From NCBI RefSeq assembly GCF_964355755.1, contig NC_092670.1, positions 36,072,388-36,136,387 of the forward strand: a stretch of 64,000 nucleotides of DNA, in the 5' to 3' direction. Origin of the DNA: Antedon mediterranea. Taxonomy: Eukaryota; Animalia; Echinodermata. Numbering within the stretch: position 1 is the first letter of the stretch; each line of letters starts with the position of its first letter. A program made the position numbers and the translations under genes. Below, piece by piece: positions 1-11,000 of this stretch. Under the pieces are notes generated by a model. The model searched no databases, was not told the DNA's origin, and saw only the letters and a program-made list of their open reading frames with translations.

Positions 1-1113
1 TCGAGTCCTTTGGGCGCCAATTTCAAACCAGACAACTTTGTGTTTGGCAGAAGTGGGGCTGGGAACAACTGGGCCAAAGGTCATTACACAGAAGGAGCTG
101 AATTGGTTGAAGGCGTCATTGAAGTTGTCAGAAAAGAAACGGAGAACTGTGATTGTATCCAAGGCTTTCAGTTGACGCACTCTTTAGGTGGTGGTACTGG
201 ATCTGGTATGGGAACGCTCCTCACCAATAAGATTAGAGAGGAATATCCAGATAGGATCATGAGTACGTTCAGCGTCGTGCCATCACCTAAGGTATCAAAT
301 ACCGTCGTAGAACCTTACAATGCCACGTTGTCTGTACATCAACTTCTTGAGAATACAGATCAGACATACTGTATTGACAACGAGGCACTTTACGACATCT
401 GCTTTCGAACTTTGAAGCTCGCAACACCAACATATGGAGATTTGAATCACCTTGTGTCTGCAACAATGAGTGGCGTAACGACTTGCTTAAGATTCCCTGG
501 CCAACTTAATGCTGATCTAAGAAAATTGGCTGTTAATATGGTACCATTCCCACGTCTGCACTTCTTTATGCCAGGGTTTGCACCTCTGACAAGTCGTGGC
601 AGTCAACAGTATCGTGCTCTCACAGTTGCAGAACTGACGCAGCAGATGTTTGACTCCAAGAACATGATGGCAGCATGCGATCCTAGACATGGTCGGTACC
701 TGACAGCGGCTGCCATTTTCAGAGGACGCATGTCAATGAAAGAGGTAGACGAACAAGTCATGAACATTCAGAATCGTAACACCAGTTACTTCGTTGAATG
801 GATTCCAAACAACGTCAAAACTGCGGCTTGTGACATCGCACCCAGAGGCCTTAAGATGTCCGTTACCTTCATCGGCAACAATACCGCCATTCAAGAGTTG
901 TTTAAGCGAATTTCTGAGCAGTTCACGGCTATGTTCCGTCGTAAGGCGTTCCTTCATTGGTATACTGGAGAGGGCATGGATGAGATGGAATTTACGGAAG
1001 CAGAGAGTAACATGAATGATCTTGTGTCAGAGTTGCAGCAATACCAAGATGCCACAGCAGAGGACACAGTGTCACCATTCGAGGAAGAGGATGCAGGAGA
1101 AGAAGATTATTAG
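1..1113 (+). CDS. TUBB: Beta-tubulin, 3' part of the CDS (5' end lies outside the window); divergent isotype
   Basis: Frame open from nt 1 ([16 protein letters not shown]..), GGGTGSGMG tubulin signature, [26 protein letters not shown], acidic tail; TAG at 1111-1113, AATAAA shortly after. Confidence 0.97.
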   Translation, partial: SSPLGANFKPDNFVFGRSGAGNNWAKGHYTEGAELVEGVIEVVRKETENCDCIQGFQLTHSLGGGTGSGMGTLLTNKIREEYPDRIMSTFSVVPSPKVSNTVVEPYNATLSVHQLLENTDQTYCIDNEALYDICFRTLKLATPTYGDLNHLVSATMSGVTTCLRFPGQLNADLRKLAVNMVPFPRLHFFMPGFAPLTSRGSQQYRALTVAELTQQMFDSKNMMAACDPRHGRYLTAAAIFRGRMSMKEVDEQVMNIQNRNTSYFVEWIPNNVKTAACDIAPRGLKMSVTFIGNNTAIQELFKRISEQFTAMFRRKAFLHWYTGEGMDEMEFTEAESNMNDLVSELQQYQDATAEDTVSPFEEEDAGEEDY

Positions 1114-1279
1114 AGATCATACTTGTGCAATAATAAAATAATGTTTTCTTACTAAAATTTATTATATCTGTAATTTATCCGAAAATCTTTAGTTGTATAA
1201 ACATTAATTGTAGATATCTTAAAACCACAATATCTGTTTTGTGTATACAGTTATGTATAATTTTGTGGAGGATCCAGTG

Positions 1280-1415
1280 GCCGTATTCACCACCAATCAC
1301 ACTTAAGTGAGATATTTTCTAACTCAATGAATAAGTATTTCCCTTAAATTGTATTCACTTAAATATGAGTTTTAATTTAAGAGTGCTTAGCTAAAGTGTG
1401 AATGGTAAATATGGC
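1280..1415. mobile_element. Short MITE-like inverted-repeat element
   Basis: GGCCGTATTCACCA at the left end and TGGTAAATATGGCC at the right end are imperfect inverted repeats; no clear TSD. Confidence 0.4.
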
Positions 1416-2064
1416 CACACTAATAATTGCGTTCGTTGCACTGAACTTTTAACACACAAATACAGACATGCATTTCTGCATTTCACACACACTCCATCCC
1501 TCTACCCACTTTCGTCAATAAGGGATTACCACTTTAAATCAATATGCTTTATTGCATTATGCTTTATCAATATACTTTATATTTAACTCACACATACAAA
1601 ACGTATTTTTACTTACGAGCTCATGTGTGCTAATTTGCAATAGTCTAACCAATGTTGCAATAATGAATAAGCCTCGATTCAAAACACGTTACTTGTTTTT
1701 TTGTTTGGTAGAGTAGAATTAGCTTTGTAGTGTTATTTGTTTTACACGTTCTTTCTGAAATTAAATCTGCCGATCCGAAAATTAATTTTGTCAGTTTGTC
1801 GAGTTTTTGCAAGTATAACGTATACTAAACCTTCGTATACAATACGATTTCATTTGTTTTTCTTTTTGGTCCACGTGTCATTACTAATAAGGGCCTCAAC
1901 ACTTTCTATTCTGAGCCAACACCCTATCAATCCTAAACCCGGGCCTAAACCGCGTTTTTAAACGACAATATTAGCCTAATAGCACTTACTTCAAAAAGGA
2001 CGTTTAAAGCCGTCTATATTAGGGATGGTGAGTATACGGGTTTCTCTTGCTTCGGCCTAGTTAA

Positions 2065-2190
2065 AGCCCTGTCTACAATATCAAACTAGTTTAATTTAAA
2101 AAAAGTGTGATTGCCCAAATATGATCGTGGTATGCCAACATATGGTAGTGAAATGACATATCATGTCCATTATGTGGACGTCACATTTTT
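2065..2190. mobile_element. Degenerate copy of Harbinger-type MITE family (TIR AGCTCTGTCTACACTATCAAAC)
   Basis: Matches copies at 3584, 4886 etc. (GCCCAAATAT..GTAGTGA..ATCATGTCCAT core); right TIR missing. Confidence 0.65.
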
Positions 2191-3194
2191 TTAGACGGAT
2201 TGTCCAATTTTTGCACATTAATTATTGATCTTGGTATACAACCGCGCAAAAAAGCAGGACCATTTCAAATTCGTGTAAATACTGTATTTTTTATATATGT
2301 GACAATTCCATAAATTACAACATGCAATGATAAATTATGAATCAAAACAATTTTACCAGGGAAGCACAAATTTATTTAAAACAATTAGCATAAGCTTTAC
2401 AATCAATATGATTTTAATCTGCAGCATGTGTTACGCGACAGCAAATTTTCCAAAACCAAGGCCGAATATATTAATAATATGTATTAATTACGATGCAATA
2501 TTTACAATAGAATGGAATAGAACCTGTGGTTGGCGACCCACAGTCGTAAAATAATGATTATTATGTAGAGACATTTAAATTAATGCATATTTCAATATCA
2601 GCAATGTAATTTGAAATATTTTACAGATATTGGTAGACAATATTATTATAGGCCTACAATACAATAATACTAGGACGTCTATGTTTTGTGGTTTTTGTTG
2701 GCGCGTGACGAATGAAAAGTCAATATTGTAAATGATTTTAATTTGCTTCTGGAAAGAAGTTAAATTTATCCCTAGATGTTTGGCATGTACTTTTGATATA
2801 ATTTTGTATCATAAAACCCTACCGGGCATAGATTAGTATGAACAAAAAGGCAATTTCCTTGGTATGACCGTCTAAGAATACTTGTCACGACACCACCCAT
2901 CAACTAAACCCTTAACCCTGTTAAAAACACACAGGTTTCTCCCTCCAGTTATTCGATTTATTTAACTTTTTTTGCAGAATTATGAATCATATTCATAATT
3001 GACGTTGAATTTCAAAAGTGATTTCCCTACGAAACCAATAATATTATGTTATTTTAAATCAACCCTTAATATTAATATATAAGTCAAGGCCAAACTGTGC
3101 TTCTACAATAATGTTACACAGTTATTTCAAATTAATATACAGTGTATATATATGCTACAATGGCTGTAGTCTGTCATTGAAAATTAATATTATT

Positions 3195-3366
3195 CTAATG
3201 GTTACAACATCTGCATATCAAACAGAAAGTTCCAGGTTCGAATCCCGGTTGTGTGTTTTATCCTTATCACAGGTTTTCTCATCTTTATCATTTCAAATTA
3301 ATTAATACATTATTACATTTTCAGTATCCGGGCGTTTTAGAATTTGTTCTGTGCCTGTGGTGTTTA
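3195..3366 (+). mobile_element. tRNA-derived SINE copy
   Basis: B-box-like GGTTCGAATCCC; body similar to the copy at 20862-21003. Confidence 0.6.
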
Positions 3367-3583
3367 TATATAATATAGGCCTACGTTGACATTAAAGTGT
3401 TTTGATTTAATTTTCTCTATTTTTAGGTACATCCACAATTATTTTACAAAGAAAAATGTGATGGTTTTGATACACGTTTTATTTATTTATTCATTTCTTA
3501 CATTTTCTTTTGGCTAAAAAGATCTGGACCCAATACCTCTGTAGATAAGGTTCTGCCTTGCACCATATTTCAAACCACTATTA

Positions 3584-3720
3584 AGCTCTGTCTACACTAT
3601 CAAACTAGTTTGTCAAAATTGTGATGTGCCTAAATATAGTAGTGATATGACATCATCATGTCCATATATGGGCACATCACATGTTTTTGTCACATAATGT
3701 TTAATAGTGTGGACAGAGCT
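3584..3720. mobile_element. Harbinger-type MITE (~140-160 bp family, about 11 copies in window)
   Basis: AGCTCTGTCTACACTAT...ATAGTGTGGACAGAGCT terminal inverted repeats, TTA/TAA-like flanks. Confidence 0.75.
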
Positions 3721-3814
3721 TTTGGTTATGCATTTGTTTTATATTCACTATTTAAATTTTTCTAAATATTGTCAATATAATACTTTGTTTCTAGCACTGT
3801 AGATTATTCTGAGT

Positions 3815-4491
3815 TCAGGTGGGATTTGCCGACATTCGCTCATTTTCCCTTTCTTGTAAATTAACATCGATTGTGTGTCTAACACTGTCCACAAGTTCTG
3901 TAATACCATCATTATTTTTTGCTGATATTCCAATGATATCTGAAAACTTGATCAATGTTTTTGGTTGCATTTCAGTCGGGATGTCTGTTAGATCACCTGA
4001 AAAAAGGGTATGAAAAGTTTTTGTCAGGGGACATAGGCTTGTCATACAGATACTATAAAATGAGCATGAGTCTGGGTTTTTTACATTGAATACACATCAA
4101 ATGTGTTGACTGGACAACACTGCGTCCACACGGCCCCGGATTACATTGTAGTGTGTAAAACACTGTCCCATGTTCATACAATAACAGCAATTATTAAACT
4201 AATTGTTATATTTAAGTTAATTGGCTCTCTCTTCACTATCAAACTTTATGTGACAACAAAATGTGATGTGCCCATATACGAATGACCACTATATTTGGGC
4301 ATATCACCACCATATTTGGGCACATCACACTTTTTGTCAAATTATTTTGATAGTGTAGACAGAGCTTTAGTTTGCTAAATTATTTAGCACTCTCTAGTTG
4401 GTATACTTTGGCACCTATTTGCAGCTGTTTTGTTTAAACTTCAGTTTCACTTCTTTTAAATCCGATATATTCTATTACTATTATTATATTC

Positions 4492-4528
<37 letters not shown>

Positions 4529-7412
4529 CAAGTAATATTCTACTAATTAGTAATATTAACCCACTAGTGTTTACCTTGTTGTAGCCGAGATTTCACTTCC
4601 TCAAATTCTGTTTGTGTGTCTGGCAAATCAAGTTTGTTTATAGCTAACACTGCCGGCTTATCTAATAAATGTTCTATGTATAATTCAAGTTCCTAAGAAT
4701 GTATAGAACAGATTGAAATACAATTATAATTATCATCAGTTGGCTTTGAATCTTTGCCAAATTAGTAGACTATTTTATTTAGAGCCAGGGTCAATTTTCA
4801 CTCAGTTACACTTAATAATGTGCCACTAATTTATTAAAGGTTTTAGACCATCATAATCACATAATGGTTGAATGTTTTTGTGTTAAGTTCGGTCTACACT
4901 ATCACACTTTATGCGACAAAAAATGTGATGTGCCCAAATATGGACATGATGATGTCATATCACTACCATATTTGTGCATATCACTACCATATTTGGGCAC
5001 ATCACATTTTTTTTTGTCAAACTAGTTTGATAGTGTAGACAGAGCTTGAGGTATGCATTTTCTTTCACGTTTGTCCTGGTTGAAATCTATTTTGACAGAC
5101 TATCATTATATGGTATAGTGCTCCCTTGTTAAAAAAAATGTTGGATCTATCCCTGTTGCATGATGGGATTGTAACATTTGAACTTGGAAGTAAGTAAGTA
5201 AGTAAGTAATATTTATTGCTTTCCAAATACAGTACAAATAAATAAAACAGTATAATGTAAATGAAATAAAAAGAGAAACATTAAATATAAAAATACAAGA
5301 CTAGACAAGAAAATAAGCATGGAAAGCAGGGGATGGCCCTGTAAGCCAAGAGGCTTGTTTCCAAAGTTGAACCTTACCTTATTGAGAAGCAAAACAGTTT
5401 CATAAGCATTTCTAAAAAAGCTTCTTTGCGAAAGCCTAAAGCCGGTTGCATCCACAACAAACAGCAGTAAATGCGTTCGTTCAACATGCCGTAAGAATTT
5501 ATGCCCCATGCCAACGTTGTAATGAGCGCCCTCTATCAGGCCTGGTAGATCAGCGACAGTAATCTGCCTTAAATCTGGATAAAATATTGTTCCAACTTGA
5601 GGTTTAATTGTTGTGACTAAAATGAAAAAGAATTAATTACGGTAAATTATTATCTCAATTTTGATGTGGCAGTCAATTGACAAACATGTGGGCTGTTTAT
5701 CGGTTGATAACATTTTTCTGCTTTTTATGTTTCACTTACATGGATATTCAGCAATTTCAGGCTTTGTCCTTGAAATTTTACTCAACAATGTAGACTTCCC
5801 TGCATTAGGAAACCTGACATAAACAAATTAAAAAAAATAAAGTTTACATTATATAAAGATTATCTTTTGAATCGCTGTACAGAAGAAGGAACATCTCTCA
5901 AGAAAACAATACAGTTGTTAGAAGGAGCCCATTTTTTGTATCAGTACTTTCTTTGAATAGATAAAATAGTTGATCACATCATTATCATAAATGCTGATGG
6001 ATGGGTAAGTTTGCAGAAAGGATCTCAATGAAAATATGTTTCTTTGAAACCTTTTGGTCTAATCTTTGCTATCAGAGGTTTAACTTTTTAAATATTTTAT
6101 TTTGTAATTGTTATCATTTGTTAATATGTATGTGTACAGTAACTATGATAGCTAAATAAAGTGAAAGGGGAATCGGTGAAGAGAGTTTGGAATTTTAGAA
6201 GTTGTGGTAGAAAAGGAAGACCACAGTTAGCAAGATGAGAAGAAGTTAAGATGAGATCTGGAAAAAGTCAGTAACCTCTTTCAGTGGAAGATTGGCTTAA
6301 ATGATGAGTTTGTATGGTTTAAGAGAGCCTCTTCAAGTCAGCTGTACTGCTGTAGTACAGCTGTTAGAGATACCCTTGTAAAATAAAGTTGAATAAATAA
6401 ATAAACAGTAATATAATAAATCATTTTTGACTAGTTTTTGTTTAAAAAAAATAAATCTATCCCGTACCCCACTAATCCAACGTCGGCTAATATCTTTAGC
6501 TCCAGCGATAAGACTTGCTTTTGACCTTTCTGGCCATTCCAGTTATTGGTGTTACACCCTCCCTGTCCACCTTTTGCCACAAGCAACTTGTCCTCCACAT
6601 TTACTAAGTCTCCTTTAAAAAAAATAAGATTTCAAAATGAACAAGCACGTAACCATTGCAGAACAACATATACACATTTTTTTAATATATTGAATTAATT
6701 TTACCCAACAATGTGTTGTCATTTGTGTAAACACAAACACCATTAGGTACTGGAATGACGTAGTCATTCCCAGTGGAACCACGTAGACTATTCCTCCTGC
6801 TGTTTCTCCCAGTTTCTGCTTTGAATCTTTTAGTCGGATATTTCTGCCTTAACCTCTGTAGTGACAGTTTTTCGGATGGTTTTAAATATACATTTCCCCC
6901 ATCTCCCCCGATGCCACCATAGACTGGATACCCTTGCCCACCAGATCCTCCACTGACAAAAATACGGAGGGAATCCGTGAAGTTGATTCTGCGTTTTATA
7001 CTCTATAATAAAAATAAATAAAAAGAAAAAAAGGTAATACTAAGTTCATATATATAATTTATATTATTATTTATCAATTATATAATATATTATTTATCAA
7101 TATATATATATTCAACTAAATAAACGACAGCAGTCTCTTCTTTTTACATCACAAAATGTATTTGTAATATTAGTGTAGGCCGTGATGATCACTGCCTGTT
7201 ATCCTCTACATGTCATTCACGGTCATTCGCTCAATTGGTGAGCTGACTGACTGATGGAGAGGAACTGATCAATCATCGATTTAATTCGTAATTCAAAAGC
7301 GATTAGCAAGGAAAACATCTATAACGATAGAAAATATATTTATAAATCTGACCTTCTTTAAACCATCAGTTGCTGAGGCTGCAAGATTGCAAAATAAACC
7401 TGTTCTAACCAT
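3815..7412 (-). CDS. GTPBP10: GTP-binding protein 10 (Obg-family GTPase), 7 coding exons, ~371 aa
   Basis: Exons 7412-7353, 7002-6705, 6612-6468, 5813-5740, 5616-5378, 4692-4575, 3996-3815; all GT-AG, phases consistent. Obg Gly-rich fold ([15 protein letters not shown]), G1 GFPNAGKS, G2 FTTIKP, G3 DLPG, G4 NKLD, G5 SAK; [13 protein letters not shown] typical of GTPBP10. Confidence 0.93.
4224..4366. mobile_element. Harbinger-type MITE copy
   Basis: Right TIR GATAGTGTAGACAGAGCT, degenerate left TIR, family core. Confidence 0.7.
4490..4528. repeat. (TA)n microsatellite
   Basis: Run of TA dinucleotides. Confidence 0.9.
4886..5045. mobile_element. Harbinger-type MITE copy
   Basis: AGTTCGGTCTACACTATC...GATAGTGTAGACAGAGCT, family core. 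Confidence 0.75.
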
Positions 7413-8007
7413 TTTTTAGGCTAGCCCTTTACTCGAGCTACCTACTGTGCATGTGTATGACTTTACTAACCATGTGTTGTTTGTAAATCATTCATCCGTA
7501 TAAACGTAACCTATGACCTCTACCCACATGTTGTACAGTAAATTAAAATCAGATCAGGTTTTTAAATAAAAGTAAGTTTTGTTATGTTTCAGTTAGCTAA
7601 GTAATTGAATTAAAGCAACCAACAGTTATAAGAAAAGTTAAAGAAAGTTATCGAACATTAAAAATAAATATTTAGAGTCGGGTTGGGCGGTGGTGAGCGA
7701 GATTTAGCTAGGCCTAGGACGTTAGGGCCAGGCCTACCTATATAATAGACTATACTACTAAAGCAGTCATCCCAGCAGGCGCACCCAACAGCAGCAACGG
7801 ACACACATCATGTCATGGCCTAGCTAGTAGGCCCCAGAAGTGTAACTTGTCTCTAGGCTAGATTAGTGAGACTAGATACTTAGCAAGACTTAGCTAGGCT
7901 GACCTTAGATGTAGGTCTTTTATCTATGTAAAATATTTAATTTAAAAACAAAATTTTGACATGGATGGATGGTTTATAATTTATTTCAGGTTTGTTAAAC
8001 AATCAAG
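7413..8007. promoter_or_regulatory. Probable bidirectional promoter and 5' UTR region of GTPBP10 / TEX10
   Basis: Divergent start codons ~600 bp apart; TEX10 ATG preceded by acceptor TTTCAG at 7985-7990, implying an upstream non-coding exon in this interval. Confidence 0.65.
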
Positions 8008-11000
8008 ATGGGAAAAAGTGGCAGAAAAAGCAAAGAGAAGAAAAAAGACTTTCAAAAAGTGAAATTAAAAGTTGGAAAATCAAAACCTGCTGCAAACAAT
8101 GTCACAAAAGCAACTTTCAAAACTGGTGGAGTCTTGATCCGAGAGCAACTGAAACAAGATGAATCACAACCCACCACACAGCGTAAACAAAATATACACG
8201 TACGTAACAAATTGTGGCTTTTACTGTACAATTTTATAAGTTTCTGTATGTAGGTTTAATGCTTATGTTATCTTATTTACAGTCTGTTACAAACAGTTTT
8301 CACATCAACAAATGATATTTTCTTAAAAATGAAATTCATTCATTCAACATTTATTTCGAAACAGTTAAAGAGATAAAAGGAGCACATATTTACGAAAGCC
8401 CATTAATGCCATTTTAAGTATATGTTTTTCGAACGTAATCCGTTCTAACGAATTAGTAATTCGTTTGAACGGATTAATAATCTGTTCAAACGAATTAGTA
8501 ATCCGTTCAAACGAATTGCAACATATACAACAAGTGCCATTTAAAGTATATGTTGTAATTCGTTTGAACGGATTACTAATCCGTTCAAACAAATTACTAA
8601 TTTGTTCAAACGAATTACTAATTCGTTCAAACGAATTAGTAATCTGTTTAAACGAATTAATAATTTGTTTAAACAAATTAATAATTTGTTTAAACAGATT
8701 AATAATCTGTTAAAACGAATTAGGAATCCGTTCAAACGGATTAGTAATTTGTTTAAACGGATTACTAATTTGTTCAAACGAATTAGTAATCCGTTTGAAC
8801 AAATTATTAATTTGTTTAAACAAATTAATAATTTGTTCAAACGGATTACTAATTCGTTCAAACGAATTACTAATTTGTTAAAACAGATTAGTAATCCGTT
8901 TAAACAAATTATTAATTTGTTTAATAGTAATCCGTTTAAACGAATTAATAATTTGTTTAAACAAATTAATAATTTGTTTAAACGGATTACTAATCTGTTT
9001 TAACAAATTAGTAATTCGTTTGAACGGATTACTAATCTGTTTTAACAAATTAGTAATTCGTTTTAACAAATTATTAATTTGTTTAAACAAATTAATAATT
9101 TGTGTACAGCCAAATCAAAACCAGGCATTTGTCGTAAATGTGACATTTTGAGTTTTCAAGATATTTGTACAGAACACATAATTTGCTTTAAAATACTGAA
9201 AAAATTATTCAATTTGGTCAAGTATTTTTAGAGTTATGATACAATAAGTAAAGAAATACAAGTAAGAATTCATTTTTATTTAGCAGTGAAAAATGCATTC
9301 AAAGATAAACAATAGTTCAAACAGGAAGTTTAAATGTGCTGGCAGACATCGACTTATGTTCACCTTGACAACGCTAACTTCTAGTATACCTATGACTTTG
9401 AAATTTAGCACAAATGTAACTAATACATTTTTCTATAATCATTGAAATTTTCAAAGAAATCCAGTAACATTAACATTGTCAAATGAGACTTCAAATAACA
9501 ACATACGTTAGTAAACTTTTTTTTACTAAACTTATGTTATGTGTGAGGCTTGTAATAACTATAAATAAGTACTATTAATAAAGTGACAATAAAAATACAA
9601 CACATAGAAATGAACCAAAATTAATGATACACAGACAGTTGATTGTGTTTGATGTGTTTAAATTTATTTACAATTGGTACACTTTAAATTATAAAATTTT
9701 GGTCATTTTAGGCTGCGTGTTACAACAACAGTATTATCATCTTTTGTGCCGGGTCATTTAAATACATACATATTTTTCGATACAATTATTTCACGGTTTT
9801 ATTCAGAATTACGTTGCATAATAGAATACATGTGTCATGTATCATCAGAATCAAAGTCATTTTTGTAAAGTTATATTAAGCACCGTATCAACATTATTGG
9901 AGTTCTTTGAGAAGAGAAAGTAGCAACAGCATCACCACCACTGTCAAAACTATTGGTATTACATTACAGTATTACCAATCAAGATCTGAAAACAGAATGA
10001 AAAATTAAATTAAACTTTTTTAAACACATTTAAAAATCATTTTTTTTTGGGCTAGGCCTAGACCAAGGTATGCTAGGTGGTTTTACTAGGCTAACTTGAA
10101 GTACTAAGCTGGCATACAGTTCATCTCTTATCTTATGCCTAGGCTAGGCCTAATATTTTGATCAAAAGTGTTTCTGTGTTCACCAAACTGAGTGTGTCGC
10201 GCTAGAAAGTCATTTCGTACTTTCTAACCTCTTGTTGTTTATGATTCGCTAGTGAAGCCAATATTTCTACTTTTCATATTATATAAATCATTAAACTATT
10301 CTATGTTGTTTTATTATTAGCTAGGATGCATAAATAGCAAGTATGAATTAATATTGAATGTTTTTTACAGTAAGAAAGTTTTGTTAAAACCTTACCGCTT
10401 CCTCAGTGTACTTTGAATGGAAGGATCTAAATCTCCCTACTCCAATCCAGGAGTTCTTCTACGCATGTGTAGATATCTACTACGTCATCATATATATATC
10501 GTATTTTACTTGCGGTCGGGCCATTACATGTAGTATTTTACTCGTACTTCGCTATTTTCTACCGTATTACTTAAATATATATCGCTTTCCCAGACCATCC
10601 TCCTCAGCTATATAGGCTAATACACATGAAATTATATGACATTTATTATTTGTCATCCTTCAGGGCAGGTATTGTATGATTCCACTGTACATAGCCGTAT
10701 ACCTGCCCTGACGTATGACAAATAAGACAACATTATTTTATTATTTGTCATCCTTCAGGGCAGGATTGTATGATTCCACTGTACATAGTCGTATACCTGC
10801 CCTGACGTATGACAAATAAGATATTGATTATTTGTCATCCTTCAGGGCAGGTATTGTAGATTCCACTGTACATAGTCGTATACCTGCCCTGACGTATGAC
10901 AAATAAGATATTTATTATTTGTCATCCTTCAGGGCAGGTATTGTATGATTCCACTGTTATACATAGCCGTATAACTGCCCTGACGTATGACAAATAAGAC

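Noticed and set aside
733-1015. Small ORFs overlapping beta-tubulin
   Set aside because: Shadow frames of a highly conserved coding sequence.
6160-6405. Possible LINE 3' remnant ending in (AATA)n
   Set aside because: Too degenerate to assign; no intact coding motif.
8365-9090. Heptad-repeat ORFs (FKRITNL/LICLNKL) that look like coiled-coil or LRR proteins, also at 16738-17474
   Set aside because: They come from the 21-bp palindromic subrepeat of transposon TIRs, are open in several frames on both strands and lie in a TEX10 intron.
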